From Cercozoa sp. M6MM (taxonomy: Eukaryota > Protista > Endomyxa: Ascetosporea), in the NCBI GenBank assembly GCA_040357565.1, contig JBDODJ010000050.1: 64,000 bases of DNA; one strand, 5' to 3'. Both the position numbers and the translations under genes were made by a program. Under the pieces are notes generated by a model, which did no database searches, was not told the origin of the DNA, and saw nothing but the letters and a program-made list of their open reading frames with translations. This document shows positions 1 through 12,875 of the stretch, in pieces (the first letter of the stretch is position 1; the number at the start of each line of letters is the position of its first letter).

Positions 1-2560
1 TAGAGAAGGTAAGAAGAGGTAGAGGGGGTAAGAAGGGGGCAAGAAGGGGGTAAGAGGGGAGGTAATGGGGGGGGGGGGTAAGAAGGGAGTAAAACAGCAG
101 AAAACGCACGCGAACGGCGACGCGGCGAAAAGCGAACGCGCGCGCTGCTTCAAACCGCTTCGCGACGCCGATCGCTCCGTCGCCTACATTTCGCGTTTTT
201 TCGTATTTTTCTCTCGCTTTTCGTATTTTCCCTGTTCGGAAAATACGAAAAAGCACACAAGACAGGCTACCTCGCGCAGTTCGGGCACAATGTCGAGTTT
301 CTCGGGCGACAGTTCCGTCTCATCAAAGGCCTGACAAAAAGAAAAGGTCAGAAAAAACTCACAAAAACGCGAAAAGTAAAAAAATCGAGCAAAAACGCCA
401 AAACAAACGCGCAGCAGCAAATTTGAGGGAATTTTCACTCGGAAAAACAAAGAGAAACGCACCTGCTGCGGCACGTGCTGGAGTTTCTGAAGCACCGGAA
501 GCGACTTTCGGCGGCCGAATCGGAGTGCACCAGGCGTGGGCGGCCGCTGCCGCAGTTTGCTTTGCGTCCGCGCGGACGAGTCATGCTGACTCGAGCTTGT
601 AGAGGCAGTGTCGTCCTCGTCAGTCCAGATGTCGATGTTACGCTTCAACTGTGCCACACCAAACACTCGTAGATTTAAGTTAATCTGTTGGGTCTGTCAG
701 GAGAAACGCCAGGAGAAACGCTGACAGCGGAAACGGTAAACAGCAGAAATTGCGCACCGCAAGCAGCCAGTCGCTTTGCTCGACGACAGTGGGAACACCG
801 AGCTGCACAACTGAAGTTTTATCGCAGCTTTTGCAGCTTTCGTCGCTCGGTCGTTTCTTCAGTCTGAGCAGACACTGCGGACGCCGTTTGTTGCGTCGCA
901 GCAGACGTGACAGTGGTGCTGTGGTCAGTCAAGTCAAGTCAAGTCAAGTTAAGTCAAGTCAGAGAAAAACAAAAACAGAAAGTCAAAAACTAATGAATGA
1001 AACTTTTGGTAAGATCGCGCTTCTTTTCGCTTTCTTCCACCACGTCCTCTTGCTGTTCCAATTGTCACACAGACACAAGTACACACAGAGACTCGTATAA
1101 CATGGCCTCGTGTGTACCAAAGCGACAGTCATGCGACGCAGGCACAGCGAATGCTGCGGCGACTCCAACGACGAGCGCGCCACAGTCTCGCCTGCACACC
1201 AGCAGCAGTCAATACATCCAACTAAAGCATAACTGGTACAAACAACGCAAAAAACAAAAGCTCAATTAAACTTGAACGAAAGCAGACACTAAAACACAAA
1301 GCGAAAGTACTCGAAGCACACGCAAAGAAGAAAGCAAAGAAGAAAGAAAAAGGAAAGGAAGACAAAATGAAAGCTGACAAGCAACAAAGCAGAACAAAAA
1401 TGAAAGCTGAAAAGCAAGAAGAGATAGAAGAACTGACCGTCGGAAGCGTTGCGCATCACGGCGATTTCGTTGGCGAAGCGTTCGAACTTTCGCGACGTGT
1501 CGAACTGCACCAGGAAGGCGCCAACGACGGCGCTGTAGTAGCGACGCCAGCCGCCCTCCGTCAGTGTCCACAGCACGCCGTGAAAGTCGACTGAAAGCTT
1601 CGTGTTCAACTCGACGAACTCCATCACGCAGTCCTTTTTAAAATATACACACCACACCAATCAGCAGACAAACCAACAATCAAACAATCAAAGACACTAC
1701 GACAAACTGCTGCGCTTTGTGCTGCCGATCGAATGCGAGTGAAAGCACACGCGGCGAGGCCATCATCTGCACACGCGTTCAACCACGTCTCTCGTACGAG
1801 AAGAAAACAACTGACAGGCCTACGTGCAAAGAGACGACCGAGTAGCTGGCAGGTAGTGTGTCGCCAAACAGCGAGGCTGGCACCTGCCGAACGTCATGGC
1901 AGAGCTCACTGCGTGCAAAGCATTAGAGTAATCACACGCGTTTCTTCAAAGTCACTCGCTGTACAGATCAACGTCGACAAGCGTCAAGGATTCTCGCAGG
2001 TACGTGTCCTCCAGCAACTGCAGCACACACAATACATTCAAGCAACACCGAAGTGTCATCCTTTGGTACCAATCTGCCTGCTTTGGAGACCGAGCAGGAA
2101 ACTTCTGACCTATACAGCAAAAAGCGTGTAAACAGTACAGCAAAAAGACCCAAGCAAAAAAAAAAAAAAAAGAACAAAGTACCACCCAGATTCACTTTGG
2201 TCGCCAAAGAACCATACTCTAACGGCCTCCATGCTGGCAATATTGTGCGGTTTTGCCACGCCTGCGCACACTCTGCACTGTCTAAAGCTTGCTTTGCTTT
2301 GCACCCCAATGTTATTATTTTCGGTGATCGGTGGAAAGAGTGTTTTTGCCGCATTGCGCACTGCTTCAGAGCACCAGGTGCGAAGTGCGGCAGAGCACGA
2401 CATCGGGCCCTTAGTCGGCTTACTCGCACAGTTTCGGCAAAAGAAACTGACACACAGTTGATGTCCAAAAGGACAGGCGGCGACTTGACACGGACTGAGC
2501 TAATGTTGGCTGGGGCACCAAACTGACCAAACTAACTGCACAGCGTCGTCCATTAATAGC
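1..2560 (-). CDS. Multi-exon PH-domain-containing protein; runs off the window edge, 5' end uncertain
   Basis: Minus-strand exons include VDFHGVLWTLTEGGWRRYYSAVVGAFLVQFDT (PH-like first strands) and VQLGVPTVVEQSDWLLAV (PH-like terminal helix with Trp). Introns appear as A-rich or G-rich tracts on the + strand. Confidence 0.45.
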
Positions 2561-2743
2561 AATGTAGCCCTCCTCTAAAGCAGCGACAAACAAATTCGTT
2601 CGGTTAAAACTGCCAGGCCACGCCACACGCGCTACTCCCAGGCAGCAGGTGCCGTAGCCTCTTGAACGCCTTGCCTGGGCCAACAAGCAGCACGTGCAGA
2701 CGGGCTAGAGGCGTCTGGTCAGGTGTGAACCGGCTGCAAAAAA

Positions 2744-4707
2744 ATGGACTCGGAATTGGGCTTTGGCAGCGACAATGATTTCGACGACCTCAACATCAAC
2801 GCTGACCTCGAAAGCCACGGCTCAGGGGGAGGTCGCTCGATGACTGAGGACGGCTATGGCATGAGCGATGGTGAGCAGCAGGATGAAAGCAACCGACAAA
2901 GCTTTGGCGTCTCAGGCTCAACGATACCGAAATCCGAAGATTCGACCTACCGCGCGCTTCGTATAGTTTACGTTGACTGAGAAAGTCGGAGCTTATGTAA
3001 ACTTACGAATGTGAAACTCTCGTTTTTTTCAGACGAGTCGAAGGCGTCGCTGATTCAGTTGCGACAGGAGACTCTGCATTTCCGCGACCGACTGTACACG
3101 GCAGGTCGCGAGATGGAAGTGAAACTGCAGGACGTGGACAACTACACCGACAGTGACAATGTCGAAACAGCGCTGGTGCGACTCGAGGCACTCTTCAACT
3201 CGACTCAAGAGAGCGACAAGGTGCACCAGAACGCGTTTGCTGAACTCGAGCGTTGCGGTGGCACTCTGCAACTGGCCTTGAAGAAACACGTCTACACTGC
3301 TTTCGTTGACCTGCGAGAGAACGTCATTACTGCTGCTAAATCGAGTCTAAATATGCACTGTTCGTTCGGCCTTTTTCCATTTCTTACTTTATTGAATTAA
3401 ACCTCAGTGTGTGCTCTGTGTAGCGGCGATAACGCACTGCAGAATGAGTGCTTTCCTGGAGTTCCTGGAACAGATCGAACGCGAGTTTGCCGCCTTTGCA
3501 CAAACACACGAGGACATGAAGCAGGACAAAAGCGTCATTGGAGAGCAGTACTCGCAGTCGAAGCAGCGACTTGCGTAAGCCCCAAAACTACAAGTAGACC
3601 AAAGTGTTTCTACTCTCGTTTCGAGAGCAGTGACTTGAAACAACAAGAACACGAGAACAAGCAACAAGTCGAACAGCAGCAAGTGGCTAATGCGAAACTC
3701 CACTCGCAGAAGCAAGCAGCCGAGCAGGAGCGACAGCTGACTCAAGACCTGGTCGACGAATCTACGAAACAAAGGCAGCAGGCGCAAGGCGCAATCGAGT
3801 CGCGAAAGAAGGACAGTCAGGAATTGCAACGTAAGTGCGCCGAGGCACGCGAGCACATCCAGCAACTGCGAGAAGAACTGCAGAAACAGTCGCGCGACAA
3901 CATGTCGCAAAAGCAGGAGCTCCTGCAGGCGCGTTCTCGCAAGGACCACTCGCAGTTCGAAGCGCAGTCGATTCGCCGCGAGATCGAGTCGAACCAGCGC
4001 TACCGCGAGGCCGAGCAACGACGCACGGACAACTCGCAGTCCATCCTGCGCAACTGTCAGAAACAACTCAGCGAAATGGAGCTGCAGAACGAAAAACACC
4101 GCTCCGATCTCGAGCAGCTCAGTGACGGCGTTCTCAGTCGACGCGAAGACAGCTTACGCCAAGAACTGCAACGATGCGAGACGACTGTTCGCGACACTGT
4201 CAGTAAGACTTGGCAGTTGTTCCAGCACGTGCGAACCGAGGTCTCGCAGCGTCGGCAGCAACTCACGCAGTTGCGAGCACAGGCCTCCGAGCAGACCGAA
4301 CGCACGGCGCTGCTGCACAAGCGCATCCGACGCGGCGCCGAAGTGAGCGATCAGGTCGAAGTTCTGCGTCGAGCTGTTGGTATGGTCAATCAGGAGTCGC
4401 ACTCTGTCTTTTTCACACAAAGTTTCTGTTTGCAGCTGAAGCACACGAGAACGCACAGATCGAGCAGAGCTTCCGACGCTCGCTGCAAGAGTCGCACGCG
4501 AAACTGCTGCAGCGCTCGAAAGAACTCGAAAGCTCTCGCGACGCCAAGACGCAGGAGCGACGCAATAGACTGCGCGAGGAAGTTTTGCAGCAGCGACAGC
4601 AGCGGCAACAACAACTGCTGCGCGCTCAGCAGCTGTCCGAGATCTGGCAGCGACAGGCCACGCTACTGCAAAGCATTCATAATGCGCTTAGTTTAAGTGC
4701 ACGTTGA
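2744..4707 (+). CDS. Uncharacterised long coiled-coil protein with acidic N-terminus
   Basis: ATG 2744, several GT-AG introns joining Q/E/R/L-rich heptad exons, TGA at 4705-4707. Confidence 0.6.
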
Positions 4708-4768
4708 CTAACGTTCCTCGACTACGGTAAGAGTACCGGACGTACTGTACGAAACGTATCAACTAGAC

Positions 4769-6322
4769 TCACGAATCGCTAGTACTAGCGCTGCTTGAGC
4801 CTGCAAACGAGAAAGGAAGGTCGAACAGACTGCATACGGCCTCGTCCATTATGTCAAGTGCCAGTTGCAGGTGCTCCGGGTACTGCAAAAAAATGAAGAA
4901 GAGTATCGGCTAAAGGCGAGAGAATACACTACCTGTCGAACGAAACGAGTCATGCACACGCCAGGATTCACTTCCATGCAGGTCAACGACGGCGTTGCCG
5001 TGTCGTCCAATGTGCGCAGAATGTCGACTGAGCAAAAGTTAATGTCCAACGCTTTCGCCACTCTTTCAGCGAAATGTTCTGAAGAAACACAAAGAATACA
5101 GAAGTGTCACAAGTCACAAGAAAGTAAAAGAGAATTAACCAGCCAGCGAACGCAGCGAGTCCGGCAACTGCGTTCTCGCAGTGGCTCCTCGGCACAAGTT
5201 GTGCCGAAAATCGATTCGTCGTTTGACGCCCTTTTCCAGCACAGTGGCAGCCTTCAGTTTGGCATACTCGAGTGCCTACTTCAACCATACCATGGCGTTA
5301 GACCCGACACTGCATACACACGCTCTACCTGCTTAATCACAGTCTCGTCGGTATCGTAGCCGAGAAGATTCTTCACAAGAGTCGAAGCACAGTGCTTGCC
5401 GTCGCCAACCTAGATAGTGTGCTCCCGTGTGTAAACACTTCTGTCATTGTCTATAAGGTACAGCATACAACGCAAGGCCGTTGTTTCGCAAAGGTCACGC
5501 GCGTTTTGCCGTTTAAAACAATCGCTCGGATTTCTGAATTTTGCGCCAAAAAAAATGAACCGAACTGAGCCAATCGAAACCGCGGAAAACTAAGTTGCAC
5601 CGAGTTCAGCATCCACAAAAGGCGAAACAGTGACGTCACCGTGTTTTCTGGATTCATTCGATCACTAGACAAGATAAAACTCAGTTTTGTTAAGGGAGCG
5701 GTACTGCATCAGAGAAAAAGCAGCCTGGTAGGCTTCGTGATCGTTGTGACAGAGAAAGACGTTGTTGCCACCACTGCCACGTTTCGGTTTGACCACCTTG
5801 CACGTGCCCAGCGGCATCAGTTGGGCCAACTGCTGACCCAATGAGGAACCGTCGCTCCACGGGTGCGTGTCTGACACCAGCAGGTAGTGCGGCACACACG
5901 CGATGCTGCAGGCACATACACCAACGTTCAAGCATGCTTTATCCCTTTACTCCCTCGTATAACAGACCCAGCAGCCGTCAGAACGGCAGTGGAAGCGACT
6001 TTGTCACTTGCGATTTTTGCGCTGGTGGCGTTGTTCAACGGGAACGAGTGGCCTGCACTCTCAGACTCATACCCCCCCTCTTCACCCCACACCCACCTCC
6101 TTACCAATAACGTGTCGCACGCGGCCGTTCAGTGTGAGTGTGCTAACCATGCCGCCACTGACGTGCGACACCTGGATGCCTCGCTTCTCGCACACCCTGC
6201 CATTACTCAGGCTTGACTTGATCAATCATCGACAATTGGACTTTATTTTACTGCTCCAGCCAGCGCGTAACCGTCCGCGCGGACGCCTTTTGCCTCCGCA
6301 CACCCAACACGAATTCACTCAT
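4769..6322 (-). CDS. ATP-grasp ligase, RimK / cyanophycin synthetase / GshAB-like (9 introns)
   Basis: Spliced translation gives GHSFPLNNATSAKIASDKVASTAVLTAAGI, VVKPKRGSGGNNV, EIRAIVLNGK, RPCVVGDGKH, FRHNLCRGA, FCSVDIL and MEVNPG. These are ATP-grasp motifs plus the VGDG insert typical of CphA/GshAB-type domains. Confidence 0.8.
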
Positions 6323-6513
6323 GTGATCGTTTCTGCAGACACATAAATTTCAACTGACTTTCAGATACTGAAGAATACTGAATTACGCACCACGCGCACG
6401 AAAAACGGAAACACAAGTGTGTACCACTGCGTTTCTGTTAGATTAGACGTGTGCAAGGGCGTGTATACACGTTGAGCACACCCAGGGTCCTAAAGTGACA
6501 CAAAAACCTCTGG

Positions 6514-8073
6514 ATGCCGATTCCGATCTCTGCAAGCGACCTCGCGTCCGCGCTGCTGCACACTCGTCCGACGGAGTCGAAGCTCTCTCCGAGTCGGCCG
6601 TTGAGTGACTTGATGCCACGAGTCAATTCTGACGTTCCAGAAAGTGGCGTCGTTCGCAACCTGCTAGTTATTGATTATTCGTACGTTGTGCCTCTCGCAT
6701 TTGATTTGTGACCCTTTTCTGTATTTGTTTGTGTGGGCAGTTTTGAGTGGAAGGCGGCGTTCGAATCGTCGAAACTCGCAAATGGAGACCGTTTGAGAGT
6801 TCGACAGTGTGAGTGGCGTCAGTTGCACCTGGTTGGCGGAATTGACTCGTGTGTTGCCATGATCGAAAAGGAGGGCCAAGGTACAACGTTTTTAATACGC
6901 GTTTCTGGTTGAAGTTGTGTTATGTCAGAGGAAGAAAAGTTTCCCGTCGATTTTTGTCTGTTTCGCAACTTTCCAATGTCGCTGCACGACCAAGATTTCC
7001 GACAGCAGTTGCTGACACTGCAGGTGGCCAATGTGCCAGGTGTGAACTCGCCTGCCTCGCTGTGGCAGCTCAGTCACCGCGCACTGTCTCACGGACTCCT
7101 GGCACAGACTTGGTACTTGCTTTTCGACCAGTTGTTTCAGTCAATCAGTGCTGTCTTTGTACAGTGTGCCAGTGATTCCGCTGCGCTGGTTCCCGAACAA
7201 TCAGTCGCCGGGCGGTGCTGCCGATCAGATCGCTCATTTGCTGCCTTTGGGCGAGACCGAACGAGGTCACTCTTGGCGTTTCCCTCTTGTGCTCAAGTCT
7301 GGTACATTTGAAATAAATTAAACACTGCATCTGGTATGTTTGTACGGTTCGAAACAGGTAGTGCAGACGGTGGCTACGGCAAGGTTAAGGTCAGTGACGA
7401 GGCGCAGTTGCGAGACGTGGTGGGAACGCTCCGACTGACGAGACTGCCGTTCTCTCTAGAACCGTGTCTGTCGATTCGAAGCGAGTACCGTCTGCAGGCT
7501 ATTGGGCAGAGTACGCACTGTTTAGTTTAGTTTAGTTTGGACGTGTGTTTTCTGTTGTTTCTGTTGGTGTGACAGATGTGATCTGCTACGAGCGTGTGTC
7601 GACGACCTCGTGGAAGAACAACACCGGCAACGTACGCTTCGCTCATCGCGAGGTTTTGCCGCGTCATCGCGAGTGGTTTCATCTTTGACACCTTTGACTG
7701 GGAAACAAGTTGTCTAGAGACACAATTCGACTCTCTGTACGCTCTCTGTTTTAACAGGTGTGCAAGTGTTCAAAAAGTGCTCAAGATCGACATGTTCGCG
7801 TTGGACGGTACTTTGTCCAGAGTCTGTTCGTCTTGCATTAGTTGTGCACCCTTAAATGTTGTTGATTGTAGTCGCTGTCCTGGATGACGAAACAGAGGTG
7901 ATCTTGGAGGTCAACGACTCGGCTTTTGGCCTGTGGTACCGTATTATTCTGATGCACACTAAATTTGGCACGCCTGTTTTGTCAGGTGGCAACGGTCCGC
8001 CGAAGATCGCCAGCAGATCCGCGATCTCGTGCTGCAGCGCATGCAGGAAACTTTCAACCCGAAGTCGTCTTGA
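6514..8073 (+). CDS. Synapsin-like ATP-grasp protein
   Basis: Spliced translation (RNLLVIDYSFEWKAAF, VRQCEW, PVDFCLFRN, DFRQQLLTLQVANVPGVNS, FPLVLKSGSADGGYGKVKV, EYRLQAIG, YERVSTTSWKNNTG, VILEVND) is colinear with the synapsin C domain (LLVID, PDFVLIR, GIPSVNS, PVVVKMGHAHSGMGKVKV, VRVQKIG, NWKTNTG). Confidence 0.8.
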
Positions 8074-8465
8074 AACAGTTCCATGAAGTCGCCCCCCCCC
8101 CCCCCGCCAACGAGACTGTCCGCTGACGCGGGCTCGAGCCGTCTGATTTGTTTAAGTCAACGCAAGTCGTGTGTTCTTTCAGTTTTGCTATCGTATTGGA
8201 TTGCAATTGTACATGTACTGGTACTCGCGAGCGGACGGGAGTTCAGATATGCGTTGGAGCGCTACATGACATCGACCGTACGCTTTACTGGAAGACAAGT
8301 GATGCGCGTTACTTCGTGTAGACTGCGCTGGCGTGGCTTAAATCACGATCAGCATCCGACAATACGATACGGGCTCTTTCGTCGAATGCGATGATTTCCA
8401 AGTCGAGGTTCATGTGCTTGTTCAGGTTCATTTCATACGACGGATACTGGGGGAGGGGGGGGGCG

Positions 8466-10635
8466 TCAGATCTTGTCGTAGGAGAGCAGCAGTGAGATTG
8501 TGATAAAGACGACGTAAAGACCAATCATGACGAAGGAGAGCTTGCGGTTGAGGCACCAGCCAGTGTACTTGATTGAAATAATCGTGGCCCTGTCGAAAAG
8601 CAAAGTGCGTTTGAACTAACAATAGAAATGCGGACTGAAGGGCAGTTGGTACCCAACCATGCCGGTAAGCAGTAGCACGGAAACTATGAGACCCTACAAT
8701 CGCGTACTCCCCCAGAATATTATAGCAGCAGTGTGTTGTAAGTTGATTGTACCTTAGAGTCAATCTTCAAAGGTCCCGATATCCACGTCTTGAGCATCCA
8801 CGGAACTGGTCTGTTAGTTGAGAACGGTATCATCTAGTATGTTCAGGACTCGGTGAGTGCACATACAAGCCAACGAGAATGTCGAAGACATTGCTGCCGA
8901 GACTGCTCGAGACAGCCATGTCACCAAATCCCTGTTTCGCGACGATGACACTCGAGATCGCGTCGGGGATGCTGAAGCAGTTTGCACATTGTTTTGTAAC
9001 ATACAATGCAAAATACAACAACATCCAACAACGAAAAATACGAATACAACAAATTATATAACCTACAAGATACATCAAGTTCACCTTTAAAACAGCGGAA
9101 CCACGTACCTTGTACCAGCAGCAAGAACAGTGAGGCCCATGACTTCATCCGGAATGTTGAGATCTTTGCCGATGGTGGTGGCACACCAGACCATTAAGTA
9201 CGTGAAGGCAGCAATCCACAGAAGCGACATGGCAAACGTGGCGAGGTGCCACCTTCGCCACTTGTCTCGCCGACAGTCGGGTATCGTTAGCGCCATCACA
9301 ATGTTCAAAGGCAGAGCGACAAGGAAGTACAGTTGCTCTTTGCGTTCCGAAGGCCAGGAAAAGGGACCTTCAAACTCACTCGTCGTGGAGGTGTCACTTC
9401 TTGGATGCGCAAGTGGCCTGCGCTCAGCTAGTTCGGTGGCCTCCTCCGAGTCCGATTCGGCGTAGTGCTCGACACAGCGGCGACACGCATGGGTTTCGTG
9501 CACGGTGTTGGGAGGATCAAAGGTGCCTTGAACACAGAGCAAGAGTTCTGCTACGACCTTGTTGAACCCGATTCGGTACGGGTTCTTTGCCCACACTGCA
9601 GAAATTCGTGACTGCGGCATTCCACTACTGCTTCGTTTCTTCAACACTGACGTTTTTAAAGGAAGAGAATGTGATTCGCTCATATCCTCCAGTTCATGTA
9701 TCCTTGCTTTGATCTGCTCTGTTGTTTCGTCCATTCTTCTCGACTTGCTGAAACTGCGGCTCGTTTCCACCCCGGTGCGCGTCATGTCACCAAACTGAAA
9801 GCGCAGTTTGAACCATGTCTCCAACGATTCGTTGAAGTACATCACAAGCACGTATCTGCAATCAAGAAAAGTAATTGAACTTACTAAGCGACAGACAAGG
9901 GTAGTTTACCCTCCGTATAGGACGAAGAGAATGACAGCTTCATACCACCGAACTGTTGAGTCACTGATGAAACCAACGAGAACGAGCAAACTCGACCCGT
10001 AGTAGGTCGAGTCACGAGCCAGAGGCCACCAGTCTAGTGGGAGCCTGTGGTGACCGGTGACCCACGCACACAGACCTACGACGAACAGAACGTTAAACAC
10101 TGCGCTTCCCACAATCGTGCCAAAGCCGACCTCGCTTTCGGCCACAAAAACGCCGATCTGCAAGTTATGTTCACGATTGCTTCTTCGCATTAATGAACAT
10201 TGTTTTGTCACGTACCACAGAGGTAAAAAGCTCAGGTGCCGAGCCGCCGGCTGCCATGAAGGTTGCTCCAGCGACATCAGCCCGCAAGTCCAGTTTTTCC
10301 GAAAAAATTTCCAGCGAAGAGACAAAGTAGTCATCGCAGACGATACTCAGGCCGAGAAACATGTAGGTGACGCCAATGAAATGCAAGATGAGAGCTCCAT
10401 TTGCACGCTGAGACTTTGAGAACAAGTCATCCGGAAACTCTTCGAGAAGCTGATCTTGATGAGCAACGACGGATCGGCTTGACTTGCGCCAAAGTTCACG
10501 AAGCACCCACGCAAGAAACAAAAGGAAGAAACAAACGAGAAAGACGCTTCGCCGCAAGCGACGAAAGCTGGTGTTAAGGCGCTTGATATCAAACGGCTTT
10601 CGCCTCCCGGTTTGCACTGGCGTCGGGCTTAGCAT
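8466..10635 (-). CDS. K+-dependent Na+/Ca2+ exchanger (NCKX, SLC24 family)
   Basis: Alpha-1 repeat [19 protein letters not shown]...[12 protein letters not shown] and alpha-2 repeat [42 protein letters not shown], which keeps the NCKX-type Asp. Terminal exons traced to TGA at 8466. Confidence 0.92.
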
Positions 10636-11091
10636 GCGCGATAGTCAGCTTTGGGCTGCCAGCGACTCAGTGCTTACAAGCTAGCAATGATTCACCTTTG
10701 GCATGTTCCGCGCGGATAAATTTAGTGTCAAAATTTACTGCACTGACAGTCTACTCGACTGGTACGAACGGAACTGAGGGAGACTCATGCACTGCTACGC
10801 TAGGTGATAGCGGTTGAATCGTAATGGTACTAGGGTTACTAGGTAATTTAGTTACGCTTCAATGCATGTCGCTTCTAAAACTTTGTGCGGAACATAATGA
10901 TTATGGACTGAGCGTTTCTGTTTGAAGTTGCTGAGGTTTGTATTTTCCTAGTTTGACTTGTTCGAAAGGTAAACTGTCTGCGGTGCTGTATCGGCAGCTA
11001 TCGATAATGGCCGGTTCGTCCCGGGCAGTTTGCGTTGACCGGATAAATTTACACCACAAAATCGCCGGCTGTCGCTCATCGACAGCTTAAA

Positions 11092-12315
11092 TTAGTTGTA
11101 GTCGTAGTTTGCAGTCGGAACGTAGTTCCACGACGCACGTGTTGCCGCAGGACGCATGAACTTGAGCAGCAGTTCCGATGGAGTAACTGCCGGGAAGGGA
11201 CCGTCCTGAAAGCCGCCTGAGTCTGGATCATTGGGTTCGGGCGCAGGAATGATGTTGTTGTTTTGCACATCACCTGCCGCGTTCACCATGGTGAGCATCA
11301 CCATGAGCATTTTGTTGAACTGCCAGTTTTTTTGCATCACGAGGTACTGCACCTCCTTGGACAGGTCGATGTCGAGCAGTGCTCCCTCTGTTCGAACCTT
11401 GATGAGTTCTTGCTCGCCACGCAGACCCTTGTTCAAGAGTTCGCCCACAATGTGTCCATCTTGGGCACATGAGTCCGGCAGAGCAGTGTGCAGGACAGAA
11501 AAGCTACTATCAGCCAGGTCTCGCATAAGTTTCGGCAGCGACATGTCGTCAGCACTGGCCGCAATGAAGCGAACTTTGTCGCTGTCACGCACGACGCCGT
11601 CAACGCCGATGCGCAAGGAGGCGCGCACCTTGCTCGCCTTGCGCACCACGGGCACGCGAAAGCCGAGCAGTCTGCACAGTACTTATATGAGTGACTAGAG
11701 AAAGACTGAGTTGAAACACTGACGTCTCTGTAAATTACGGAAAACATAATTAGGGTTACGCAGAGTGGCCGCCTCCAGGAAAAACCCCTCCGTTGAACGG
11801 ACCGAGGACAGGGAAATCCCCAATGATGCTGAAGATGCTGTTGAAGATGCACGACGTTGTCTCGGCAGTGAGTGCGTTGCCAGCACCGGCGGTGGCCCCA
11901 ATCGCCAGAGCCATCGACGGCTTGCTGGATATTCCAGTGCACCACTACAGTAAACTTACACGTACCTAGTGACTACCTGAGTAGATCGAAGATGAAGACT
12001 GAGAAAAGCTCTCGGTACCTTTGGGCACAAGTGCGCTGCCTGGGCATTGAGAGCAGATTCGCACTGCGAAGCACAACCTGCACCTGCCGAGGGTGCTGAG
12101 TCCACGTGCTCGAGTAAACTGAGACGGTTTTGCATCGCGCCGTGGTGCTCCTGGATCAAAGCAAACTTCTGGCGGAACTCAAACGCAAGCGATTTGAGAT
12201 CCGTTCGCGTCGCAGCGATGTCATTCGACAAAACTTGGTACGGCGAATTTACTTGAGCTTGCGTTCCGACCCACAGTAGCAGCGTTGTAACACCCCAAAC
12301 GGACAGTGACGGCAT
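11092..12315 (-). CDS. Orphan secreted protein (signal peptide, short coiled coil)
   Basis: MPSLSVWGVTTLLLWVGTQAQ is signal-like. The long GC3-rich last exon ends NYDYN*. Confidence 0.55.
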
Positions 12316-12875
12316 TAGGAATTTACGTTTTCTAAATCTCACTCTTGTATCCAAACATTCCAAAACCGATGTTGCTGATTAAACTGAAAAACGCAGCATA
12401 ATTCGGCAGTTTCTCTGTCAGGTTTAGCCACGACCAAGCCAAGATCCGATAGATGAATTGGCACGGAAAGTACAGTAAAACTCCGCACGGCATGCGCCGA
12501 AAGCGGAACGGACTGCTACAGTACTTTATCGTTTTGCGTGAAACGAAACAAAAAACGAAGCACGCACGATGCTACCGCTCGAAGGCAATCCGATCGATCG
12601 AAAGCATGCATGCGCTGCATGTACCGTACGGTAAGAAACGAACTATGGTAATTCAAAAATTGTTGTGTTGCGTTGTCTTCGCTTATTGTCGTGCATGTGC
12701 ATTTGCATGGATGTGTTGGGACGGTAGGCGTTCCGATCAGTTCGGGTTGTAGGCAAGTCGAGTGCATCTGATTCTGTCTATGTTGCTGTTGTTGTGTCGA
12801 TGGCCCGTGCGAGCGGTGTGTGAGACTAGTGAGGTTGACGGTGTGTATGCGCGCAGGTGTGTTTGTGTGTGTGTG

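Noticed and set aside
6514-10635. Functional 'neuronal' cluster of synapsin-like and NCKX genes
   Set aside because: They are convergent neighbours with no shared promoter, and adjacency in a compact genome is expected by chance.
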